A stretch of DNA of 64,000 nucleotides from Candidatus Micrarchaeota archaeon. GTDB taxonomy: Archaea > Micrarchaeota > Micrarchaeia > Anstonellales > Bilamarchaeaceae. The position numbers and the translations under genes are program-made. The first letter of the stretch is position 1. Every line of letters starts with the position of its first letter. The stretch covers positions 42,408 through 106,407 of the forward strand of contig JAKEGJ010000029.1 of NCBI GenBank assembly GCA_022627495.1. Direction: 5' to 3'. A model generated the notes under the pieces. The model searched no databases. It was not told the DNA's origin and saw nothing but the letters and a program-made list of their open reading frames with translations. Shown here piece by piece: positions 19,657 through 27,711 of this stretch.

Positions 19657-20673
19657 ATGCAAGATAATCCCCGGCTATTCTTCCCGTCCGGTGTTAGGCC
19701 GAGCCAAATCCCGAAAGGGATCGGAGCCTTGCTTAAGGGCTGGGATGTGCCCGAAAATCATTTCCGCGATCCGGACCGCCTGCCCCTGGTGGATTTCAGG
19801 GCTATGACCTCCGCCTGCCGCTGGAATTGTTTTCACTGTTTCACTGACAAGCAGAAAAAGAGCCTTACACTTCAAGAGATAAAATCAGTCATAGACCAGC
19901 TTGCAGATATGCGGGCCTGGGCGATAAACTATCTGGGGGAAGGGGAACCCACTCTGGACAAGGATTTTTTCGATATCGTGGAGTATACCTCGGCCAAAGG
20001 CATCCAACCGGTCATCTTCTCTGACGCAGCGACCAGACTGAGGGATAGGGATTTTGTGAGGCGGCTCTATGAAAGCGGATCCACCTTGCTCCCGAAATGC
20101 GATAGTCTATTCGATGAAGCGTACCAGAATTGGATTGTAGGTGACCGTGGTGGGGGGTACTTCAGTCAAAGGAACGAAGCGATAGCCATCTTGATAGACG
20201 AGGGCTTTAACAGCACAAGCAAGGATGGGACGACGAGACTGGGTTTCGATATGGTCCTATCTGCACGAAACGTGCATGAAGTTGAGCAGACACTCAGATT
20301 CTGCAGGGAAAACAACATCTGGATAGTCTTCTCATTCTTCCTTCCCGCTGGAAGAAGCAATATGGCTGATTTCGACCGTTCGCTCATGCTCTCCCCGGAT
20401 GAGAAGAAGCGCATTCGTGAGATCGTGGCCGAAGTTGATGCGGAATACGGAGTTTCCCATGAGGCACTGAATAATTTCTTGACGCATAGATGCGTTGAGT
20501 TCATGTGCATCTACGGAGATGGGAGGGTGAGCCCTTGCCCCGGTAACGAAGAAATCCTTGGAAATATAAAACTCAATTCTATCAGGGAGATTAGCAGGTT
20601 GATTGTCGAGAAGCACCCCCGCCATGAACGAAGAACGTTCGATGGCAACTGCCCTTATCGCGAGCGGTTCTAG
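19657..20673 (+). CDS. Radical SAM protein with Twitch/SPASM-like C-terminus
   Basis: CRWNCFHC (CxxxCxxC), GEGEPTL and C...IYGDGRVSPC...GNI...C. Confidence 0.88.
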   Translation: MQDNPRLFFPSGVRPSQIPKGIGALLKGWDVPENHFRDPDRLPLVDFRAMTSACRWNCFHCFTDKQKKSLTLQEIKSVIDQLADMRAWAINYLGEGEPTLDKDFFDIVEYTSAKGIQPVIFSDAATRLRDRDFVRRLYESGSTLLPKCDSLFDEAYQNWIVGDRGGGYFSQRNEAIAILIDEGFNSTSKDGTTRLGFDMVLSARNVHEVEQTLRFCRENNIWIVFSFFLPAGRSNMADFDRSLMLSPDEKKRIREIVAEVDAEYGVSHEALNNFLTHRCVEFMCIYGDGRVSPCPGNEEILGNIKLNSIREISRLIVEKHPRHERRTFDGNCPYRERF

Positions 20674-21368
20674 GAAATGCTGAATCCGACGCTTGTCTAT
20701 GGTTATTCGTCGACCCTTTCATTACCGGGCAGTCTTTTTAACCTCTGGCCCACAGAGGAGAAATCGGCGGACGGAAGCCATCTGGCTAAACTTAGACCAG
20801 ATTTGAAGGATTTATGGCGGTATTTGAGGCCTTTGCGACCGGCAGGACGCCGGGTTGCCAATAGTGGAACGCGGTAAGCGTTCCACTGCTGCTCTGAGTA
20901 CACTGAGAAGGTGCGACCTCAGGCCGAATTCGTGTTCATGCCGAGCACGTGGTGTTCATGCGAGCGTAGCGAGCCAACGAAAAAAAACGAGGCCAGTGAA
21001 CAAAAATGCAGGCGCACTTGGCCGCGGCCAAGGCTCCATGCATCCCGCAAGGGATGCAATCTGCAAGTTTTGGGCCGCCTTTTCCTAAAAGGCGGAATGC
21101 AGGAGGAAAATGCCGAGCCCAGGGCTCGGAACAGAACCGTTTCAGTCCCGAGCGCTTGGTTCGAATCTTCCCTCCTGCAATATCCTATTGGTTCAGGTCA
21201 GAACAGAGCCCTGTTTTGACCTACCAACCGAGTGCTGTTCTGAGGAGAGAACTATATAAAGCTAGGTCTGGCGTTAGCTTGGCCAAAGGACCACTCTCCT
21301 CATTAAATATTCTGATAAGCATATTTTTATCAGAAATTTATTTATATTAGAATAATTATATGTAAATC

Positions 21369-21722
21369 ATGGCTGATTACAAAGGGTTATCCGAGTATGT
21401 CCGAATGAAGATAGAAGGTAGAAGTTTCAAGAATGAAAAATACAGGTGGTACATCAAAGAGTTACTTCGATTAGAAGGATATGCCATCAGAGGCCGATGG
21501 TGGCGCGGAAGCGCATATGAGCAAGGTATTGGTTATCTTCATGATAAAGAATTCACGGCTATCCTGAAGGAACTTAATCCTAAAAAGTACCCTGAATGGT
21601 TGAACTGGTTCAAGGAAGAGAAAAGGGTTGAGCAAGAACGAAATCGGAAAGAGGCTCTTGGAAAGAAAAAGCTTGAAGCCGCCGAGAAAAGATGGTGGGT
21701 GAAGATGGGCGGAACCATCTGA
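21369..21722 (+). CDS. Hypothetical basic protein
   Basis: 117-aa ORF after an AT-rich promoter-like tract; no motif recognised. Confidence 0.6.
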   Translation: MADYKGLSEYVRMKIEGRSFKNEKYRWYIKELLRLEGYAIRGRWWRGSAYEQGIGYLHDKEFTAILKELNPKKYPEWLNWFKEEKRVEQERNRKEALGKKKLEAAEKRWWVKMGGTI

Positions 21723-21724
21723 GT

Positions 21725-21871
21725 TCACTTAGTCCGTATGCCATCCTTAATCAATTGCTCTTTTTCCTCACCGGTAAGTTCCTCTTTATTTACTAATTTC
21801 CTTGTAATCTCCTGGTATCTGCCTAGTTTTCGTTTTATGTTACCTATTATGTATGCCTCGTCGCCGTACAT
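21725..21871 (-). CDS. 48-aa ORF, third gene of the Argonaute operon
   Basis: Manual translation MYGDEAYIIGNIKRKLGRYQEITRKLVNKEELTGEEKEQLIKDGIRTK. Starts 4 nt after the helicase stop, with GGGGTGA as RBS. Confidence 0.55.
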   Translation of the reverse strand: MYGDEAYIIGNIKRKLGRYQEITRKLVNKEELTGEEKEQLIKDGIRTK

Positions 21872-21875
21872 GTAT

Positions 21876-24536
21876 TCACCCCGTTGAATCTTCCATAACT
21901 TCGCGCTTGAACTCTTCGATGACTGCTTTGCATATTAGGTGTTCGCAATCCTTCTCCGCGAGTGCCTTAAGGAAAGAATCCGGATCCTTCTTCCATAGTA
22001 AAATCTGATTAATTTTCCTTGTCAGTGTTTCGAAAGCCGACTTTGCCGGTTGGGCTTGGTCAAGGCGAAAATCGACTGTACCGAGATTAACTGTTGTTCT
22101 AAGACCCACATACCCAATCGCAATCTTGATTTTTTCGAGCTGTATTCCATTCGCCTTCGCATAGGCACGCCTATAAGCTTCGAGTTGTTGTCTATGCTCC
22201 GAGCCCCGGCTGTCGTTCTTGTCAGTCTTCCAATCAAGAATCAAATAAGAATCGTCATTCTTGAATATCGCGTCTATATACCCTACAAATTCTACGCCTG
22301 CTCCGGTTCCAATTAACTGGTCCAAGGGAATCTTTACAAGTTGCTCTGATAGCACTGTTTCAGGATAATGCAACTTAACTTCGGTTATCACCTGCTTTAT
22401 GTTATCTGCATAAGGAGCGGTTTTTTCCGTTACATTATACGATTCACCCTTCAGAATTGCTTCAGCAAGAGTATGAACCTCAGAGCCAAGGCTTAATGAT
22501 GGCGCGTACTCCCTTATTCCGAGTAAATTATTTTCGATATACTCGCATGGGTCTGTTTCAAGAGATGAAAATGAGACGTGATCCAGGCCTTCGAAATGTT
22601 TTTTAACGAAATTTCGGATCCAACCCCTTTTCTCATTAAGTAATGCACCAGATCCTTCTACGTCACCGTTTACGAACAATGCATATGCCCGCTTCAATCT
22701 CTCTGCTAGTTCGAATCCTTCGGTTCCTTTCACCTCAATCGGCTGCCTCTCGCTTGCCTCGTTGATGTAATCTTCAATTTTGTCAGGAATTATATGAAGG
22801 CTTTCCTCTGCCCTGGTCAGCGCTACGAACGAAATCCTCAATGCCTCTTCATTAAGTTCCTCTTCGGCATCTATGCCTTTTGTCTTTAGAATAGCCTTTA
22901 CTACCTCATCTTGGAAGTTATCACTGTCCCTCGTTTTTCGGGGAACATAAATTACAGCTGGGAACTGCCTCCCCTTGGCCTTGTGGACAGTTGTCAAGAC
23001 AACCTTTTTCTCGACATCCGACTCATCAACAAGGAGATCCGAAGACTTCAGATAGCTTATGACCTCCCAGTAGCTTATCTTATCCAGTGCGGAAAGCGCC
23101 TCGTTAAACGCTTTCTGCATGGCCAATGCTGCCAGAAGATATTCTTTACCATAAGCAGTGGCAACGGGCAGTATTCTTGTCCTGAACAAAGCGTTTACAT
23201 CCTCTATAGTCTTTACCGATTCACGCATATGCTTGAAATCCGGACTTTTTTCGAATATATCGTTAATGGTTAAGTTCTCTTGTTTTGTCAATTCAAAAGC
23301 ATCCTGGATGGGGATAGGAAAGAACGGTGTAAACATCGAGTTGACAACGTCATCAATATCATTACTCAGTACCCCTCTCAAAAAGCCTATTGTATGCGTT
23401 CTGGCATCGTCTGACGCTGAAAAATAGGTCGAGGAATGGTCAATCCCTCTTCTCTGCAACTCCTGGGATATCTTTAGTATCTGAAAGTTTGTTCTTGCGA
23501 TAATAGCAATCTTTTCGTGCTCTTTCATGAGCCTATTCGTTAGTTCGCCCACGGCGGCAAGCGAATCTTCGCTGGCGACTTCATATACAGTCGGTTTCTT
23601 GCCGCCGCCTTTACGTGGATTTCTGAGGTCTTTTAACTCTTCCCTATGAAGCGCGTCCTTTGTTTTCGAAACCAGGTATTTTCGGGAAAAATCTAGAATT
23701 GCGCTGGTGCTCCTAAAGTTTTCTGACAAAACAAATGTCTTCGCCTTTGAGAATTTCTTAAAGTTGAGTACGGATCCCCCTTGGAAGCCGAAAATGGCCT
23801 GCTTCTTATCTCCAACCGCAAAAAAAGTCTCTCCGGACTCAAGAGCGATCTCCGCCTCCATCGTGTTTACATCTTGCAGCTCATCGATTAGCACATACTT
23901 GAAACGCCGCTTGTTTTTTATCTTCAAGAAGTCGATAAGCATATCCGCATAATCGATTCCTTTCTCTTTTTTCACCTGCTCGTAATGCCTGTACACGTCG
24001 ATGAAAGACTCTGCAAACTTGTCCATCTCCTCTTTTGAGAGGTTTTTATATGGTCCCAACAAGTTTTTTACCTGCTGAATGTCGATATCATCAGGAAGGA
24101 CCCCGAAACTCTTCAGGTAACGAATAAGGTTTTCCATCTTTGGGACAATGGTGTCTATTAGATAGTCATCCCCGTAGCGCAAGAGCTCGTTTTCCCTGAA
24201 ATATCTATAGATTGCATAGCGCAATAAGTTAGCGGGAATCGTTTCATCACGGCCAATCTGCTCGAGCGCATACGCGTGAAACGTAAAGACGTTAAGGTTA
24301 GCATAATCGATTGCAAGGCTATCCCCTTCAAGTAAGTGTATTATCCGCTCTTCCATTTCTTTTTTTGCCTTTTTGGTAAAGGTGAGGCATAGGATATCGG
24401 TCGGCTTGATGCCTTCCTTTATGAGTTTGATGTATTTGTGGGCCAATAGCAGGGTTTTCCCAGTTCCGGGATTGGCGATCACTAAGGTGTCCCCCTTATG
24501 ATCCAGTATTTCAAGCTTTTCCTTGTTTAGCGTCAT
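21876..24536 (-). CDS. UvrD/AddA-like SF1 helicase fused to a C-terminal PD-(D/E)XK (RecB/Cas4-like) nuclease
   Basis: Motifs I ANPGTGKT, Ia LTFTKKA, Ib TFHA, II DELQD, III VGDKKQAIFGFQG, IV NFRS, V TVHKAKGRQF and VI FVALTRA. Nuclease motifs G..VH, GYIDAI, ILDWKT and QLEAY. Confidence 0.93.
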   Translation of the reverse strand: MTLNKEKLEILDHKGDTLVIANPGTGKTLLLAHKYIKLIKEGIKPTDILCLTFTKKAKKEMEERIIHLLEGDSLAIDYANLNVFTFHAYALEQIGRDETIPANLLRYAIYRYFRENELLRYGDDYLIDTIVPKMENLIRYLKSFGVLPDDIDIQQVKNLLGPYKNLSKEEMDKFAESFIDVYRHYEQVKKEKGIDYADMLIDFLKIKNKRRFKYVLIDELQDVNTMEAEIALESGETFFAVGDKKQAIFGFQGGSVLNFKKFSKAKTFVLSENFRSTSAILDFSRKYLVSKTKDALHREELKDLRNPRKGGGKKPTVYEVASEDSLAAVGELTNRLMKEHEKIAIIARTNFQILKISQELQRRGIDHSSTYFSASDDARTHTIGFLRGVLSNDIDDVVNSMFTPFFPIPIQDAFELTKQENLTINDIFEKSPDFKHMRESVKTIEDVNALFRTRILPVATAYGKEYLLAALAMQKAFNEALSALDKISYWEVISYLKSSDLLVDESDVEKKVVLTTVHKAKGRQFPAVIYVPRKTRDSDNFQDEVVKAILKTKGIDAEEELNEEALRISFVALTRAEESLHIIPDKIEDYINEASERQPIEVKGTEGFELAERLKRAYALFVNGDVEGSGALLNEKRGWIRNFVKKHFEGLDHVSFSSLETDPCEYIENNLLGIREYAPSLSLGSEVHTLAEAILKGESYNVTEKTAPYADNIKQVITEVKLHYPETVLSEQLVKIPLDQLIGTGAGVEFVGYIDAIFKNDDSYLILDWKTDKNDSRGSEHRQQLEAYRRAYAKANGIQLEKIKIAIGYVGLRTTVNLGTVDFRLDQAQPAKSAFETLTRKINQILLWKKDPDSFLKALAEKDCEHLICKAVIEEFKREVMEDSTG

Positions 24537-24557
24537 AGTATCACCTTAACCTCATCT

Positions 24558-26846
24558 TCATCTTGGAATGTACGGCACAGTAATGTCCTCCTTATTCAGT
24601 TTCGCCAGATTTTGGACGATGTGCAATGGTAAAATAGTCTTGGGCTGCGCATAGATAGAACTCCAATCAAGGTAGCGCAGTTCGTTAAAAATCTGCGACA
24701 GCTGCAGTACGTCCATGTCGGGCGTTATCTCAAAATCGATATTAAGACGCAATGCTGCAGGACTGCCCTTTCGTGTTCTTGCAGTTACTAGAATGGCGTG
24801 CTTATTGTCCCGAGCTATTGCCACCTCGCTTATCATGAATTGCTGCTGCGGAGTACCATAAACCCGATACGGGCCGGATTTCACTACGGATACAATACGA
24901 ATATTGCTTTTTTCCGACATTATTTTGTGCTCTTCAAGCTCTTTTTTGGCTTCTTCCGCTCCTTGCCGGTAACCGGGGAGTTCAGTATGATGAATCCGTC
25001 CGTCTTTGAAGAGGATGATTTCATCGACCTTTGCACCGGTGGTTTTCTCAGTTTCAAGGTAAGCATCCGAAGCCGCATCGAAAAACCACTGTTTCAATTC
25101 CTCAGAAGAGACCAGTTCCCCGCGATGAGACCCTAGTGTTTTCCTATGTAGGACGCGTCCAAGATTATCGCAGACTGCCGCATATGCTGCGGATTCTTTA
25201 TGATTCTCAGGATTGCGTGATACGTCGAATCCCATAAAGTAGGTTTTTTTCTTTTCATCCATGTTCCCCGCAGGTTTGGCGAGATGCCAGATGGACTCGC
25301 CCTTTTTTAAAGATTTATCGTACATCTGCACGGCCATAACTTGGATTCGGGGCAATACATATTTGTCAAAATTTGGATTGGCTTTTGCCCCTTGTGCTGC
25401 TTCAATAAAATCCGTCGTAATCATCTGGCTTGAAATTGACTTGTCGCCGAGGGCCTTTTTTGCGTAAAAATACGTCTTCGGACTAAGTTTTGGTATTACA
25501 GTCAAAGTAACTGCTTCGGGTACCGCGTTCATTCTTTTTATCGATAAAGCATATCCGGTCGGATTAGTCAATTCCACGATATTCAAAGGCTCCAGTAACT
25601 CAAAACGAGCAAGGTGAAACGCAGCAGCTACGCGATTTAGCTCTTGGAAGAAAACTTTGACTTTGTTCTCGTATCCTGGCGGGCAAACGCATTGCACCCC
25701 GACAACCTCTTTATGGGTTATAGGCCCGAAACTGCTAAGGCAGTATTTTATATTTGGGCCCCAGTTAGATGGAGGACTTCGGTTGTCGCCTCCAAAAACG
25801 AGCTGCGGCGAGCTAAGGAGATACGGCTTTCCGTACACTTGGTTTTCTTTTTTCATCCAGTCGAAAAGCCCGGTATTGATTCTAACATTCGTGCCTCCTA
25901 CCGAAAGTGGTTCAGAAAATAGTCTTGTTGCCAACTGTAGCGTCTCTTTAACCCGTTGCTCGGGACCATAATCAATCTTTAATTTTTGGGCTTGATCCAG
26001 CAATTCATCTCCCAAGTCGATGAGTACTTCGACAAGATATGGTGGAAAACTGAGGGGTTCGGACTTGCCCTTTACCTTTATCTGAAGAACCGGGCCATCA
26101 TCCTTAGAAAGTGTTATCCCCCTGCTTCGGAACCATCTTTGCCAATTTGGCGAACCGTTCAAATAGTCATAAACCGTCGTGCCATTAGGAAGGTGGTAAT
26201 CACCGATGCTTTGAAAAATCACATCGGATACCTGGCCATTGTAACTTCCTACGCCAGGCGCAACACTAAAGCAACTAACCCATCTGCCCTTAAGGTAATC
26301 AAGTATTTGCTCATGGTTGCTTGGATATCCGAAACGCTTCAATAAGTTAGCTACCGGTTGCCTCCAGACTATTTTCGGATCAACCCATATTCCGGCTCGG
26401 CCATCCGGGAAGACTTCAACATCGAAGGAAAAACCGCGGTAATACTCTAGGATATCTACCTTTACCGGCGTTTTTTCGGTACATGCATGCTTTCGTAGGT
26501 CAAATACATACCCCAGCTCTTGGCACCTTGACTTGAAGGCGCCATGGAGCATTTCCTTGAATAATTGCGGCCACTCCCTGCAGTTTGCCTTCCGCGGAGT
26601 GGTTGAAAGGTTAAATGAAATTCCATCGACAATCTCCTTTGGTTCAAGACCGGGGGAGTCGTTTACGAAGACTGATTCGCCTTGATTAAGAACGGCCACG
26701 GCAAGGCCCCGGGATGACAAGCGCCAAGCAAGCTTCCTTGAATACTTAAATTTGCTGGTTGAATCAACCTCTGAGGCCAACCTGTATTCCCGAGTCGTCA
26801 TCTCGGTAAACGCAACCCCTTCGCTTATAAAAAAGTTAGACAGCAT
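24558..26846 (-). CDS. ago: Long prokaryotic Argonaute (N-L1-PAZ-L2-MID-PIWI)
   Basis: PAZ-like TVYDY...PVLQIK...FPPYLV. MID Y-K-Q-K (YFYAK, SSQMI, MYDK). PIWI MGFDVS, RGE, LFKDGR, LDWSS and PLHIVQNLAK. ATG 26846 is preceded by GGTGA. Confidence 0.9.
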   Translation of the reverse strand: MLSNFFISEGVAFTEMTTREYRLASEVDSTSKFKYSRKLAWRLSSRGLAVAVLNQGESVFVNDSPGLEPKEIVDGISFNLSTTPRKANCREWPQLFKEMLHGAFKSRCQELGYVFDLRKHACTEKTPVKVDILEYYRGFSFDVEVFPDGRAGIWVDPKIVWRQPVANLLKRFGYPSNHEQILDYLKGRWVSCFSVAPGVGSYNGQVSDVIFQSIGDYHLPNGTTVYDYLNGSPNWQRWFRSRGITLSKDDGPVLQIKVKGKSEPLSFPPYLVEVLIDLGDELLDQAQKLKIDYGPEQRVKETLQLATRLFSEPLSVGGTNVRINTGLFDWMKKENQVYGKPYLLSSPQLVFGGDNRSPPSNWGPNIKYCLSSFGPITHKEVVGVQCVCPPGYENKVKVFFQELNRVAAAFHLARFELLEPLNIVELTNPTGYALSIKRMNAVPEAVTLTVIPKLSPKTYFYAKKALGDKSISSQMITTDFIEAAQGAKANPNFDKYVLPRIQVMAVQMYDKSLKKGESIWHLAKPAGNMDEKKKTYFMGFDVSRNPENHKESAAYAAVCDNLGRVLHRKTLGSHRGELVSSEELKQWFFDAASDAYLETEKTTGAKVDEIILFKDGRIHHTELPGYRQGAEEAKKELEEHKIMSEKSNIRIVSVVKSGPYRVYGTPQQQFMISEVAIARDNKHAILVTARTRKGSPAALRLNIDFEITPDMDVLQLSQIFNELRYLDWSSIYAQPKTILPLHIVQNLAKLNKEDITVPYIPR

Positions 26847-26871
26847 CTTTTCACCGTTCAAACTAAGGAAT

Positions 26872-26920
26872 CCGATATATTTAAAGTTATTTTACTTAAT
26901 AAGTTTAATAAATTTAATAA
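26872..26920. promoter_or_regulatory. Divergent promoter region with three TTAATAA repeats at 9-bp period
   Basis: TTAATAA at 26896, 26905 and 26914, and TATA-like TTTAAATATA on the minus strand, between ago and the DUF6293-type gene. Confidence 0.5.
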
Positions 26921-26932
26921 CCGGGTAAGCGG

Positions 26933-27661
26933 ATGAAAAACGTCAGACTTAGAGTCCATATAGCACCCCTCGGGTTCGAAATAGACAGAATCGTCTTACC
27001 ACTTCAAGAATTGAAGGCAGATAAGGTTTGGCTATTGACCCACAGTAAGGGGGACCAGGCATCAGCCTATCGTGAAAAGGTGATTAGCCTCCTGGAGAAG
27101 GCGGATATACGTCATGAGCTTGCCGAGTGCGACATAACGGATCTTTATGATGTGCTCCGAACCTTTAGATTGATAATCGAGAAAGAAGCTGAGAATGACA
27201 TTTTCATAAACGTATCATCCGGTTCGAAAATCGAGGCAATCGCCGGAATGATGGCCTCAATGATTTTCAAAAACGGCACCCAGATAACCCCATATTATGT
27301 CGTCCCTAAAAAATATCTCGTTGAACCCGAAGGAATCCCTCTCACCGAAGGTGTTGAATCCATTAATGCCCTTCCAGAGTACCGAATGGAACAGCCCAAA
27401 AAGCAGCTCCTTGACGTCCTAAAACTTATTGATCAAGCTGGGGGGGCAATATCGAAAAAAGACCTTATCGAAGAGGCAGAACGGCGGGGATTGATAGTTG
27501 TAGGGGGAAGGAATCCTACCCAGTCAAAATATATCAGCCTAAACAAGAATTATCTCGAACCGCTTCAAAGCTGGAAGCTTGTAAAAATTCAAAAGGATCG
27601 GCGCTGGAAAAACATTTTACTAACGGACGAGGGGAGAAACATGTTACGGTTCTTAGGGTGA
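26933..27661 (+). CDS. DUF6293/HFX_2341-type regulator: CARF-like Rossmann domain plus wHTH
   Basis: RVHIAPLGFEIDRI, ADKVWLL and INVSSGSKI (CARF-like), with C-terminal wHTH ending LTDEGR. Confidence 0.8.
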   Translation: MKNVRLRVHIAPLGFEIDRIVLPLQELKADKVWLLTHSKGDQASAYREKVISLLEKADIRHELAECDITDLYDVLRTFRLIIEKEAENDIFINVSSGSKIEAIAGMMASMIFKNGTQITPYYVVPKKYLVEPEGIPLTEGVESINALPEYRMEQPKKQLLDVLKLIDQAGGAISKKDLIEEAERRGLIVVGGRNPTQSKYISLNKNYLEPLQSWKLVKIQKDRRWKNILLTDEGRNMLRFLG

Positions 27662-27711
27662 TTACGATTAAGAGGTCTATAATTTATAAATTTGGGATGT
27701 AAGTATTTTTT

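Noticed and set aside
20677-21350. Short ORFs in the hairpin tract, and 44955-45326 over the tRNA
   Set aside because: No RBS or motif support; they overlap structured non-coding sequence or the tRNA.
21876-22600. Cas4 / CRISPR adaptation gene
   Set aside because: The PD-(D/E)XK domain is fused to a UvrD helicase, has an incomplete Fe-S Cys set and lacks cas1/cas2 context.
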